NCBI GenBank assembly: GCA_002269645.1
Contig: NIVC01001527.1
Coordinates: 8,141-72,140 of the forward strand
DNA from: Macrostomum lignano
Taxonomy: Eukaryota
Length of the DNA: 64,000 nucleotides
Direction of reading: 5' to 3'
Below the pieces are notes generated by a model. That model was given only the letters and a program-made list of their open reading frames with translations, did not search any database and was not told where the DNA came from. The position numbers were made by a program, and so were the translations under genes. Below are positions 18,589 through 32,400 of this stretch, piece after piece (positions within the stretch are counted from its first letter, which is position 1; each line of letters begins with the position of its first letter).

Positions 18589-21568
18589 ATGGTTGGAATC
18601 GAAGACGAAGATAGTAAGGAGTTAGAAGGTGCATCATTTGATCCAGATTCACTGAACAATTTGTTTGAAAATATTCTGATTACCCTATCGCAACTCACTA
18701 CTGAATCATCCGGGCCTGGCCCTGATCGTAACTCTAACGAAGAAAACCAAGATCAAAATCAAAGGAGGCGCACTCGACCAAATTCATCTCGCAGTCAATT
18801 TGACGCTTCAGACGATAATTCGTCATCTCGTCTAACTGATTCATTCTCATCAGCTAGTGTCAGCAGCAAAATGACCATTTTGCCTAAAAAGAAGGCACAC
18901 AAGGAAAGAAATGAGCAACGCGAGCATCGCCATCATGCTCATGGTGCTTCCTCGTCTCAGGCTGCAGGTTATTCTGAATATCCTTCACCAGATTTTGGCC
19001 AAGAACCAGCCCGCATGCCACACCCTGAGATAGATCATCGCTCTGGAAACTTGTCTGATGTTATTCATGGGCATGGACATCATCACCCGAGTGGCTTTCA
19101 ACCGCAGTCGCACAATTTTGCGGAATTGCCAAACGCCGAGGCCTACAGACAGCCATTTGGCGATAGGTCTGCCACATCAAGCTCTTCTATGAATGTTCGC
19201 CATGAAAGAAATGTTATAGGCTCCAGAAAAGAGAGGCCATCAGCTCAGTATGATTTGGAAAGTGGTTGTCATGCCAAAAAGAGGTGCTTGTCTCCTGGCT
19301 TTTCTGACAAAAATTTTCCACCTAGTCAGCAAGGTGCTTCTTGTGGGCTTCCTGCCCATCAAGGATTATATCAGTCATCTCATCCACAGGCCCTTCTGCC
19401 TGGCTCATCAGCTCAAGAAGACATTTGCAACTCTGATGATAATAATAGTGAAGATGAATACTATGGCAATATCACTAGGAAAACTATTGAGGTAAGCAAT
19501 TAATTTAGTTTTTTTCATTTCAAGTTTTAAAGTATAGTATAGTTTTATTAAGTTTTATTAGTATATTCAACATTTTTTATTAGATAATTAGGCCTAGGCT
19601 AGGCCAATATAGAATTTTGAGATTTTTCAGATTTGATATTATAAAGAATACAATATAAGATTCAATTGCAACTTTAAGACTTTGGAATTTATTTATTTTG
19701 AAACTTGCATAAAATCTAATAATAATAGGGTAGGGCCTAATATTAAAAAAAGTATTTGTTACACTCATTTGAATTTTCAAGTATTTATTTGAATTTATTA
19801 TTATAAGTGAGGCAATAAACAATAACTATAAAATGAAAAGCATTGTATTTAACCTCAAAAGTTAATGTCTATTGAGTAGAGGTCAGATAGGATTGAAATC
19901 TTCGGGCTGGATCGGGATTGGGAATAATTATTTTCTTGGGATTGGGATCGGGATTCAAGAATCGGGATCAGGTTTTTTAGTGTATTGTCCATGTAAAGTT
20001 AAACAAAATTGAAAAAAGATTGTCAAGATCAAAAAGTAAAACACAACAAAATTGATATGAAGTTTTGTAACCAACAAAGTAAATAATGTAACGAGTACAA
20101 GTTGAAGCAAAATACCTTAAGTAATCACTAATTCTATAAATTTTTAATCAAAAGACCTATTTCCAAATCTTGAGTTTTAAGGGTCAGGATTCTGGTCCCA
20201 TGGGAATTCAATTTTCTTCGGGATCCTGAGATTTCGAGATCGGGATCAGGATCCTGTCCGACCTCTACTATTAAATGTATTTTCTAATGATAAGATTATA
20301 TTAGTATTTGCAAAATCATAATAAGTCAACTTGTATATTATTTTACAATTGATTGCAATAATGTAATAGATTATAATATTAGCCTAGTTATTCTTATCTA
20401 ACAATCTGAAAAGAAAGAATAAAATTACAATTATATTTCTGGCTATGCATTTATTCCTTATTTTACTAATTTACATATTGTTACTTCCCTTTACAAAAAT
20501 GTGTTTTTTATCTTGGATTCTTGTCACTTTTTTAAATTTAAATTAAATCACAAGTCACAATCTCAAACATCAGTTGTGAGATTGAAATATTGTCCAACCT
20601 TAAAGGATGATAAGTTATCTTTATATAATATATATAAATATATATTCTACTTAGTACCTATTAGGTATACTTTTCCAAAAAAATCAAATTACAATAAAAT
20701 AGAATGAATGTCAATAGTTTTTTCAATAAACAAAAAATTAGATTTAAACCTATGCTTTAGGCAAGTTAGGCCCATTTGTATTAAAAGTCTTTAATTTATC
20801 TATTACAAGCTGTTGAAACCCGCGGATTTTGAACCCGGGGAATTCCAATCCCCGGAACTATTTTTGCATGTATTCTGAAATCTAAGGCCATACACAAACA
20901 AAAACTTGTTAATAGTTAGTAGGATAGAGGTAGACATAAAATGGAGCACATTCGTGTAAAATTAGGGTTTGAGACATTGTTGGCTGGGGTACTGCGCAGA
21001 ATGTCAGGCAATGTCTGTCTGACTCTAAAACATATATTGCTAAACTCTGGTCTCTCCCTGACTCTCCCTATGTCCCTTGGATCCTTTAAAATTTCTATCG
21101 TCTCTTTGTTTCCTCTCATCTCTCTCGTCCCTCGTCTCTCCTCTCTCCTCTCTCCCCTCTTCTCTCGTATCTTCCCTCATCTCTCTTCTCTTTCATCTCT
21201 CTTATCTCATCTCTTGTCTCTTCTTTTCTCTCTCCTCTCCTCTCTCCTCTCTACTTTTTCGTTTTCTCTCTCCTCTCTCCTCTCTCCCCTCTCCTCTCTC
21301 CTCTCACCCCCTCTTCTCTCTGATCTTCCTTCTCCTTTCTATTCTTTTCTCTCTTCTCTTAACTCTCTCCTCTAATCTCTCATCTCTCCCCTCTTCTCTC
21401 GTCTCTTCCCTCACCTCTTTTCTCTCTCTCGTCTTTGCTCTCTCATCTTTCCTTTCTCTTCTTTTATCTTTTCTCTCTTATCTCTTCTCATTTCTCTCTG
21501 CTCCCCTTCTCTCTCTCTCTATCTCTCTCTCTCTCTCTCTCTCTTCTCTGTCTCTCTCTCTTATCTCT

Positions 21569-21651
<83 letters not shown>

Positions 21652-22091
21652 TCTCTCTTATCTCTCCTCCTCTCTCTACTCTCTACCCTCTCCATTCTCC
21701 TCTTTCCTCTCCTCTCTCCTCACTCACTTCTCTACCTTTGTCTCTCCTCTCTCCTCTCCTCTCTCCTATCTTCTTTCGTATCTTCCCTCATCTCTCTTCT
21801 CTTTCATATCTCTTATCTCATCTCTTCCCTTTTCTTTTCTCTCTCCTCTCCTTTCTCCTCTCTACTTTTTCGTTTTCTCTCTTCTCCTCTCTCTCCTCTC
21901 TCCCCTCGTCTCTCGTCTCTTCTCTCACCTCTTTCCTCTCTCTCCTCTCATTTCTTTTCTTGTTTTATCTCTTCTCTCTCCCCTCGTCGCTCGTCTCTTC
22001 CCTCACCTCTCTTCTCTCTTGTCTGCGTTTTTATTTCTCCTTTCTCTTCTTTTATCTTTTCTCTCTTATCTCTTCTCGTTTCTCTCTGCTC

Positions 22092-22167
<76 letters not shown>

Positions 22168-25100
22168 TCTCCTCTCCCATCTCTCTTCTCCTCTCTACTC
22201 TCTCCCTTCTTCATTCTCCTATTTCCTCTTCTCTCCCTGTCTCTCCTCTCTCCTCTAGTCTCTGTAATCTCTTCTCTCTTATCTCTCCTCTGTTCTCTCT
22301 ACTCTCCCATCTCTCGTCTGTTCACCCTCATCTCTGCTCTCTCATCTGTCATCTTTACTCTCTAATACGTTCTCTCACTTATCTCCTCTGTACTCTTCTC
22401 TTTCACCTCTTCTGACTCCTCTCTTTCCTTACTCCTCTCTTCTTTTCTCTTCCCTCTTCTATACTCTCTCTCCTCTAATATCTTCTCTCGTCTCTCTGCA
22501 CTCTCCTCTCACCTTTTTCATCTCTCATCTTTACTCTCTCATCTCTCATTTCATTTGTCTCATCTCTACAATCTCATCTCTCCTTTCTCCCCTCTTCTTA
22601 CACCCCTCTCTTATCTCTATCTCTTCTCTTCTCACTCCTCTCTCCCCCTCTTATCTCCTCTCTTCTCTATCCTTTCTACTCTCTCCTCTCCTCTTGACCC
22701 TCTGTCATCTTCTTTCTGCTCTCTCATCTCTACTCTCTTCTCACTCTTCTCTACTCTCCTCTCATCGATCCTCTGTCTCATCTCTCCCCTCTTCTCACCT
22801 TTACTCTTTCCTCTCCCTCCTTTCTCCCCTCCTCTCGCTTCTTCCTCCCTTCTTCTCTGCTCTCTCCTCACCACTTGTCTCTCCTCTTATCTTCCATGTT
22901 TTCTCTTATCCCCGTCTCGCCTCTCCTCTCTTCTAATAGTCTATTCCTTCCTTTCCACTCTCATCTGGCCCGCACATAAGCTGGATTCTTTATCTGGCTT
23001 TTGAAGTAAAAGTCTGCCGATCCCTGCTTCGAAAGCCAGTTTGTGGGACGTACTACTCTCATCGTTATTCTCATGCTTTGATCACGTCATCTTTCTTGCC
23101 AATTTGCAGCCCTGAAAGGAATTTGTGTATCTTCAGCTCCACTGCAGTCTGCATCAGTCTAACAACCAATGAAATATGCATTTCTTAGGCCATTTAAATT
23201 TCAAAGTACTTTTAAGAGAAACTTAAAATTTCAATGGTGTGCCTAATTTAGTAGGGTTGTATTTCATTGCATCGCATCGCCTTTTCATAAATCTTTCGCT
23301 TTTACAAACCATGCTGGATTCCCTCGATTTGCCAATTGCCATCCACTGTTAAACTGCTGCAGAGTTTGCCAATACAGAGGGGAGGGCAGTGGTTAGAATT
23401 TCTCACTAAACCGTCATGGCTAAACGTAGCCTCTCCACTCTCGGGGTGCAGAGAAGGCTATAAATAAAGTTATTCCAAAACACTGTACATTTGCTATGTA
23501 CATTCAGTCCTATCGCCTGACCCTTCGTCTGGGCTGGGGGAATGAGCGAGTGAGAGGCACAAACAACAGAAAAAGCAGACAAAATTCACATGCTTACAGT
23601 TTCTGTCCTGATTGAGATACAGAGTTGAGACTTTACATGTAGGCAGAGAATGAGTCAATAAAGAATTGTGTCAAATTTGAAGTCAATCGCTTCACGTGGA
23701 GCAAAACTATGGCAGCCGAAAGTTAGGCATTTCAAAACCTACTCACACCCTTTGCCCAGATCGGGAAAGAGAGGCAGGCGGGCGGAGGTTGGGGTGGCTG
23801 CCTCGCTGAAAAAAACAGCCAAACTTTAAAAGTGCACAGCGCCGTTTAGGATTAACTTTCAGACTCGAAATTTTACATGATTGTGCCAAAATAGTTTAAG
23901 ATTATCTGTGTCAAATTTGAAGAGAATCGGTAGAAGTGGAGCGGCGCTATGGAGGATTTAGTGAAAAAATTGCGCATTTTGAGCAGTTTTTTGCACTTTT
24001 AGGTAGGAAGACTCAAATTTAGGAAATTAAAAGGTAGCCTAAGACATTCTCCGTAGTAAGTTTAGGGTGGGTGTAAAGTTTGGTGTAATTTGGTTGAGCG
24101 GTTTGGGAGTCCATAGCGAAGTAATTTGTCCACAGACAGACAGACAGAGTTTTGATTTTTATAGGTAGAGATTAATATGTGATAGGCCTCTTTCTCCTGT
24201 CCTTACAAATATCCTATCACTGAGTTACCAGCTGTTGTAGGGTAGGCTACTTTCTAACTCCTATTTTCTGGTTCCCAAAGCTGTTGTTGCAGGGTTAAAC
24301 TTCTCTCTATTAATGTACTTTTGTATCAATGTTCTTATACTTATTGGTAATGTGACTACTTCTCTATTTACTTCTATATTGGTAGCATCTACTTATCTTA
24401 TTGGTAGCATCTGTACATGTATTGTACTCTCTGGCCTGAGTGGTCTAATGGCATTGTCTACTCTATTTATTCCTATAAGTTTTCTCTCAGTCCTGGGCAT
24501 TCCCTGGATCAGAGGGTCACAGCCTTGTGCATTTTCCCTGAGGCACTTTTCCTGCCCTGTGGCGATCTTACTACTCTATAGTGCTTTTCTGCCCTGAGGT
24601 GATTCTTGCTTTTAGTGGTTTCTGATACTCCCAACAAGGGGCTTAATACTATAGAAATGAATAAGCCAAGTAAAAATGCTTAGGATTTTTTTTGAGTGGA
24701 CTAATTGTCACGATCTTACTTGAGCAAGCGAGCAGTTGCTTTTCCTGGCCCATTCTGGGCTCCTATTTATACCAATCAGGCAATGTATTTATAACAAACT
24801 TTTTAATTTTGTAGAATATTATTTGAGTGCATAGCACTTAAACAAAATTATTACTGTTTGGCAGACATTTAAATAAGTACTATATTTTCTAAGAAAGTTG
24901 TACACAACAAAATATTCTATATTATAAAGGCTAGATATACTATAGTGTTTCATATATATTTTTAATCAATTTTATCTTTAGATTTGGCTTGCTATGACAG
25001 CCTTTGAAAAAAATTCAAATTTGGAACTGACAAAATGTAACTAAAATTTTATCTAAGACTTAGACTATTTTGTCTAACAATAAAGTCTTAGGTCTTTTAT

Positions 25101-28100
25101 TATTTAAAAAAACAAAAATAATCTAACATGATCTTAACTATAACTATGAAATAACTATAATTAAATCCAAACACATCAAAAAATATTAAACCCATCCAAC
25201 TTTTAATCTTAAGTGTACTATTTATGTGGTAAATTATTTTTTCATGCTTTATTTTCTAATTTTTTTGACACAACCTGTTCACTATATCCCTTTTTCCCAC
25301 AGGATGAAGAAAAATTCGCCCAGATGATGGAAAAGAAAGGCTGGTGCATCAAGCAGATGGCCAGCGATGGCGCCTGCCTGTTCAGGGCTGTTGCGGACCA
25401 GATTTATGGTGACCAGGAAATGCATGACGAGGTGCGGCTCTGTGTATTTGCTGGGTGCATTCAAATATGGCGCTTATTAGCATGGGTAGCTTTCTAGCCA
25501 GCCTCCCAGATTCCCAGTTGCTGGGCCAGCTTCCCAGAGCCTCAGTTACTGGGCCAGCCTCCCAGATCCTCAGTTGCTGGGCCAGCCTCCCAGATCCTCA
25601 GTTACTGGGCCAGCCTCCCAGATCCTCAGTTGCTGGGCAGCCTCCCAGATCCTCAGCTGCTGGGCCAGCCTCCCAGATCCTCAGTTGCTGGGCCAGCCTC
25701 CCAGATCCTCAGTTGCTGGGCCAGCCTCCCAGATCCTCAGCTGCTGGGCCAGCCTCCCAGATCCTCAGCTGCTGGGCCAGCCTCTAAACCTCAGTTTGTG
25801 GCTGAGCCTCCCAGATCCTCAGTTGCTGGGCCAGCCTCCCAGATCCTCAGTTGCTGAGTCAGCCTCCCAGATCCTCAGCTGCTGGGCCAGCCTCCCAGAT
25901 CCTCAGCTGCTGGGCCAGCCTCCCAGATCCTCAGCTGCTGGGCCAGCCTCTAAACCTCAGTTTGTGGCTGAGCCTCCCAGATCCTCAGTTGCTGGGCCAG
26001 CCTCCCAGATCCTCAGTTGCTGAGTCAGCCTCCCAGATCCTCAGCTGCTTGGCCAGCCTCCCAGATCCTCAGCTGCTGGGCCAGCCTCTAAACCTCAGTT
26101 TGTGGCTGAGCCTCCCAGATCCTCAGTTCCTGGATGGCCGCTTGTTAAGGGGCAAACAGTCTACTTAGAAAACCAATGAATCGCAATGCATTCTCACAAA
26201 ACAGGTCCGCACAAACTGCCTAAACTACATGAGCAAGAACGAGGAGCACTTCTCCCAGTACGTCACGGAGGACTTTGCCAAGTACATCGCTAGAAAGCGC
26301 AACGTGCATTGCCATGGCAACCATTTGGAGATTCAAGCTCTGGCCGAAGTCTATAACAGACCGATTGAAATCTACTACTACGATATCGGTGCGAATTGTT
26401 TATGCTTTTTATTCATTTTCATAGTTTAAAAAATAAATCACTACGCGAGCATTGAGTCTAAAAACACTAAACAGTCGCTAGACATTGCCTTTGCAATTTA
26501 ATCAGATTGTTTAGCGGCTGTTCAAAGTAACAATAACCAGGGATTCCCCTTCTTCAATGTACATCTGCTTGGTTTTCGTGCAATAAATAGGGGATTCCCT
26601 TTATTCAATGTATATCTGATTGGTTGACGTGCAATAAGCGGGATTCCCCTTATTCAATGTACATCTGAGTGATTCAAGGCGTACCATAAACAGGGATTCC
26701 CCTTATTCAATCTACATCTGATTGGTTGGCTTAGAATACGCAGGGGATTCCCCTTATTCAATGCACATCTGATTGGTTGGCTTAGAATACGCAGGGGATT
26801 CCCTTTATTCAATGCACATCTGATTGGTTGGCTTAGAATACGCAGGGGATTCCCCTTATTTAATGCACATCTGATTGGTTGACTTAGAATACGCAGGGGA
26901 TTCCCCTTATTCAATGAACATCTGATTGGTTGGCTTAGAATACGCAGGGGATTCCCCTTATTCAATGAACATCTGATTGGTTGGCTTAGAATACGCAGGG
27001 GATTCCCCTTATTCAATGTACATCTGAGTGATTAAGGTACAATAAACAGGGATTCCCCTAATGCAATCTAAATCTGATTGGTGTGCCATTGCGTGATAAT
27101 TAATCCGTATAATATTCGATCTTGTTAATTAATTAACCTACTCCGCAGAGCCTCGCAACGTGTTTCACGGCGAATACAAGACCGATTATCCGCCCATCCG
27201 GCTGAGCTATCACGGCAGCGTTCACTACAATTCGATCAGGGAGCCGTACTCCGCCACTGTCGGCATCGGCCTCGGGCTGCCGGAGTTCGAACCCGGCCTG
27301 GCCGACAAGCAGCTGCTGTCTGAGGCGATCAAACGATCAGAAGAGAATCAAATTGAGGAGGCCATGCTGAAAGATAAAATGCGCGATACTGATTGGGATT
27401 TAATGCAGAGCCAGATTGAGAATCAGATTGCGGAGGAGAGCTACAAGGAATACGTGAATTCCCGGCTCGGAGGTTCGTGCTGCAGTTTTCATGTTTGTCC
27501 TGATCCGCAATAGATTTTGCTTTGTATTTCTGTCTGTCTATCTGTCTGTCTGTGTCTGTCCGTGCTGTCTGTCTGCCTGTCTGTGTCTGTCCGTGCTGTC
27601 TGTCTGCCTGTCTGTGTCTGTCTGTCTGCTTGTGTCTGTCTGCCTGTCTGTTTGTGTCTGTCTGTCTGCCCGTGTGCGTCTTGCGATGACTGTAAGCTGA
27701 ATGTAAGGCAGACAGACAGACAGACCCACAATTAAACAGACTAAAACGCTTTCAGGCAGACAGTCGAAGACAGTAATGAGTCATTGCTCAAAGGTACAAA
27801 CCAAATTCAATTTCCATCCAACCATATAAAGGCTCGAATGCGTCATCCGCTGCCGCCTGCGGCGGAGGCGGTAGTGGGGTGGGTGTCGGAGGCGGCGGCT
27901 TCGCAGCCGGCACTGGCAGGCGAAGCCCCCGTTCGAAGCAGCAGCAGCACCAGCTGCTGCCCCTGTCGCCTCGGGGCTCCCCTCCGATCTCCGCTGCTGC
28001 CGTTGTCGGCTCTCCGCGAACTCCTCCGCCGCCAACTTCGATCGGCGCCTCCGCCGCCGCAGTTGTTGGCGACTTCGCCGATGCCGGATTGGCGGCCGCG

Positions 28101-28346
28101 GCGTCGACGGCGTCGGCGTCTCCCGCAGCTCGTTCATCGTCGACAATGCCAATGCCGGCGACGAATCTTGTCGACTACCTGCCAGCCGAGATGTCAGACT
28201 GGGACGAGAACGCCATACTGGCCAGGGCGCTGGCGGAGTCCACTCTGCACTATTACGAATCTATGCGGAGGGACAGCTCCGAGGGACAGGGCGCCGCCGC
28301 TTCTTCGTACGACTCTGGTCAGCCTGGCTGCTCTAAGCACAGCTAG
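18589..28346 (+). CDS. OTUD5: OTU-domain deubiquitinase OTUD5/DUBA orthologue (5 exons)
   Basis: Exons 18589-19491, 25303-25431, 26205-26388, 27149-27472 and 27832-28346 with compatible phases. Motifs [44 protein letters not shown] and a UIM-like [14 protein letters not shown]. Confidence 0.92.
19877..20267. mobile_element. hAT-type MITE in OTUD5 intron 1
   Basis: TIRs TAGAGGTCAGATAGGAT / ATCCTGTCCGACCTCTA. Degenerate 8-bp TSD CTATTGAG / CTATTAAA (6/8). Internal CGGGAT repeats. Confidence 0.65.
21090..22940. repeat. ~1.85-kb polypyrimidine (CT)n-derived low-complexity tract
   Basis: Almost pure C/T with pure (CT)n cores near 21510-21645 and 22095-22165. Confidence 0.95.
23600..24172 (+). 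mobile_element. probable non-autonomous Helentron/Helitron-like element
   Basis: Repeated GTGTCAAATTTGAAG..AATCG blocks and a 3' end ACAGACAGACAGACAG...TTTTATAGGTAGAGATT, as in HINE/DINE-1-like elements. Boundaries uncertain. Confidence 0.4.
25497..26130. repeat. 28-bp minisatellite in OTUD5 intron 2
   Basis: Unit CTGGGCCAGCCTCCCAGATCCTCAG(T/C)TG. Confidence 0.9.
26540..27075. repeat. 51-bp minisatellite in OTUD5 intron 3
   Basis: Unit GGGGATTCCCCTTATTCAATGCACATCTGATTGGTTGGCTTAGAATACGCA. Confidence 0.9.
27526..27725. repeat. (TGTC)n microsatellite in OTUD5 intron 4
   Basis: Degenerate TGTC/GACA runs. Confidence 0.9.
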
Positions 28347-28669
28347 AGCTCTGCTCTGATAATCGGGTGGAGATTGGAGATTTCTACTCAGCAGTAAGAG
28401 TTCATCATTATCATTCATTTATAGACAATGTGGCAACTTTTCTGACATCTATGCTTGTTTTCGTCTGGTCTGAATTAAACTGCTTAAAATAATTATTTAG
28501 GCTCTGAAAACTTGCGCTCAGTTAGTGCGTTAAAGCTTAGCTTAGCTGCTTGACATGAGTGACGTCATAGCTTAATAAGTCAAGGACCCAATGGTTGTGC
28601 TAGCGTGGCTTATGTAGAGAACTTTAGGATTTTGGCTTCAAAATAGGATTTTTGGTAGCTTAAATGGAG

Positions 28670-29461
28670 AACTTCTGGTAGCATAAATAGAGGACTTCTG
28701 GTAGCTTAAATAGAGGACTTCTGGTAGCTTAAATAGAGGACTTCTGGTAGCTTAAATAGAGGACTTCTGGTAGCTTAAATAGAGGACTTCTAGTAGCTTA
28801 AATAGAGGACTTCTGGTAGCTTAAATAGAGGACTTCTGGTAGCTTAAATAGAGGACTTCTGGTAGCTTAAATAGAGGACTTCTAGTAGCCTAAGTAGAGG
28901 ACTTCTAGTAGCCTAAGTAGAGGACTTCTGGTAGCTTAAACAGTGGACTTTTGGTAGCTTAAACAGTGGACTTCTGGTAGCTTAAACAATGGACTTCTGG
29001 TAGCTTAAACAGTGGGACTTCAGGTAGCTTAAACAATGGACTTCTGGTAGCTTCAACTGAGGACTGGTAGCCTAAGTAGAGGACTTCTGGTAGCTTAAAC
29101 AGTGACTTCTGGTAGCCTACGTAGAGGACTTCTGATAGCTTCAACAGTGGACTTCTGGTAACTTAGATAAGGAAGTTCACAGTGGACTTCTGGTAACTTA
29201 GATAAGGAAGTTCACAGTGGACTTCTGGTAACTTAGATAAGGAAGTTCACAGTGGACTTCTGGTAACTTAGATAAGGAAGTTCACAGTGGACTTCTGGTA
29301 ACTTAGATAAGGAAGTTCACAGTGGACTTCTGGTAACTTAGATAAGGAAGTTCACAGTGGACTTCTGGTAACTTAGATAAGGAAGTTCACAGTGGACTTC
29401 TAGTAACTTAGATAAGGAAGTTCACAGTGGACTTCTGGTAACTTAGATAAGGAAGTTCACA
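28670..29461. repeat. 23-bp array followed by a related 35-bp array
   Basis: TTCTGGTAGCTTAAATAGAGGAC to ~29150, then CAGTGGACTTCTGGTAACTTAGATAAGGAAGTTCA. Confidence 0.92.
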
Positions 29462-32400
29462 GAATTACCAGACAAAATTAAATTTCTGTCTCCTAAATCC
29501 AAATTTATTCATGGATATATAAATGACAAAATAGTTATTTTAAAGTTTGCCTTTCCCTCTCCCGAAGGTCGCTTTGTGTGCTTTCGTTATTCATTTAATT
29601 TAATTTGCTATTTTTGTTTTTTTAATGTCAATTTATTAATTCATTTCTGATGATCGTTGTCTTTGCTTTCAGTGTGGTCGGTTTAAATCGCAAGATCTTG
29701 GATGATAGTTTCTTTTCCGTTTTTTTTGTTTAAATTGTTTGCTTTTCCAGTGTCGCTTTTTTGTAGTTTTCATGGGATTGTAATATTCCTGATAATATTC
29801 ACTTATATCGGCTTATTATATAGTTAACTATCTTACTTTCTTTTAAACAGAACTTCAAATTTAGGTTTAGCAATAAAAATAATTCTGGTTTTGTTATTAA
29901 GAACTAGATAATTTCAGGGTCGGGTATGCTTGTCTAGCTACCTTGGAAGTGAATTTTCAGCTAGTTGTACTTTAATTTGAAACACGCTCGTAGTTTCCAT
30001 TTGAAACGTGTCAAGTTCTGCTGTTTTCGTATCATATTTTTTTCTGTATAAACTATACTGTTCACTATTAGCTAGTAATACTCCTCCAAATGTGTGAACT
30101 ACACTGCTGTTGTTAGGGTTTTTGTTTGGTCATAGTAAAACTTGTCTTTTTGTTCTCCTTTAAGCTGCTTAGTTATGCACACCATTCTCTATCTCCCAAC
30201 TGTTGCTTTTTATGCGATGTTAATATTAAAACTTTACTGCTTTTACGTACAAAAGTAGTCTTGAAATGCTTTGTTTCAGTGCCCTCCTGCAGACTCCCTT
30301 CCAGAATGCGATTTTTGTTTTAATTAATTGAAATATCCGGCTCTTTCTAAACTTCAATAAATCTATATATATCTGAAATGGCACTCGCATGCCGACATAT
30401 ATTTATGTATGGAATGCAGACTTGGTATAAATATATATGCTTTATAATACTATTCACCCAGTTTGCTAATATGCGATCTATAAAAACTTTAGTCTTTGTT
30501 TTCCGAACTCACTGTTTTGCTTACTAGGTAGAAATTTATAAGAAATTTTAGCTAAACTCTAGCAGTATTCAAGAAGAAAGTTTCTTTTTTATCGGCGGCT
30601 AGACTTCTGTATTTGCAAATAGTTGTAAAGAAGCGCCGCGAAACTAAGTAAGAAAATATGCTATATAAATAACTGGCTATAAAGGATTCTTAGACCTAAC
30701 GCGATCAAGTTAGGTCAGTTTATAAACTTAATTAACAAAAACGTAAAATTTTGCAAGCACATTTTTGTCAAATGTAGACTAGTATAATGTCCCATACAGA
30801 CGAATCGTAGACATTAAGAATAGGGGGAAATATCTTTATTCTGTGCATAGTCAACTGCTAAGTAAATTATTTAGTTACTTAGCGAGCACTTAAGCTTGGC
30901 ATAATAGTTTTTAAATAATGGTAGCACTCTGTGCAATCAAAATACTTAAATTTTCCGGCTTGTATTGTACGTGTGTTTTGAAATTGGGTCAGCTGATTTA
31001 ATCGAGCGCGATATTTAAACTTCCACGAAATCAAGTGCAATAAATTTTCTCTGACTTTCTTAGAACATGTAATATTTGGCCTGTAACTGTGAATATTAAA
31101 GTGAACGGTTGTTTTTCAGTTCGATTGATCTGTAATCATAATTTATTTTTTTATTTAATCTTGTATCATTGGATTCAAATATTAGATTCAAAGATTCAAA
31201 TTAGATTTAAATTTATACATTTTCTGGTCTCTACAATTGTGTGCAGACTATCTATCAATAAATGCTTGTGCACTCTATATTATTTTGTATTTATGCAAAA
31301 AGCTCTCTCATGTTCAGTTAAATCAGTTATTTTATAACTGAACATGAAAGTTTTTTATCCCAGAATTTATATTCACACTTTACTGACTGAAGTATACTTA
31401 ATCATTAATGTACAAATTTATAGTTTAGCTATGCTTACAGGTTTAAAGCCTGTCAATTTAGCCCATTTATGATATTGATAGTAATAGTATATTTATCATT
31501 ATCAAATATTCCATTTTAAATCTTTTTCATTATTATAAATGAGGATTTTCTCTTTAGAAAAGTTTTAAATCAATAAATAATAATAATAAATATAATAATT
31601 ACAAGAATCATAAATTGGATATATAATGACTTTGAATCTAGACTAAACACTTAAATCATAAAATGCTCAAATATTTAATTTTGTTCTTTTGTCTATAGTA
31701 TAGATTAGGCCTAAGTAACATGATTTATGTATTAAAAAGACTTTATTAGGCTTAAGAACAAGTATTTAAAAAGTATTTAATCGTGTTTAAATGTTATAAT
31801 ATTATAATATAATATATATAACTTCAAGGCACTTTTATTCTATATAACTAAAAAATACTCAGCTAAATAATTTTTAATATAAAGGGAAATTGTATAATTT
31901 GGCCTAATTTAATTATCTTAATTGTTTAAATAGTATAGGGCCTATCTCAATTTTATTACTAATGATAGCCTATTATTAGTAATTTGTATATATGTACTTA
32001 TATAATTTTTATAAAAATGAAAAATAAAAAAACAATGAAAAGCTCCCCTCCCTAGATCTTATTCTTATTATAGACCTCATTTTTATAGACTATTTGCATT
32101 TATTTAGCTTTTATGGACTAAATGAAAGTTTAAGTTCTATTACTTTTTGAGTTTTCAAATAGGCCTAGTTTTGTTCTTATGAAATTTTCCTAATATTTTA
32201 AGTATAATTATTGCATGAATATTTTAGTAATATTTTAAATTTTAACTATTATTAATTCTTTATTAAGAATATAGGCTTTGCTTCTTATAGGAGTGCACTT
32301 CTTTCTGTATTTTGTTTTTTAAATCAATAAATGCTAGTTGTTCTTCTGTTAAAGTTGAGAACTATTTTTAATTGCAAATGTGTCATTGCTAGCCAACTAT

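Noticed and set aside
20941-23004. Long Leu/Ser-rich ORFs (e.g. 21077-22258) and their Arg/Glu-rich antisense ORFs
   Set aside because: Artefacts of the CT-rich tract, which lacks stops on the pyrimidine strand; they lie inside OTUD5 intron 1.
24425-24470. GGCCTGAGTGGTCTAATGGC resembling a tRNA A-box/D-arm
   Set aside because: No B-box or cloverleaf downstream.
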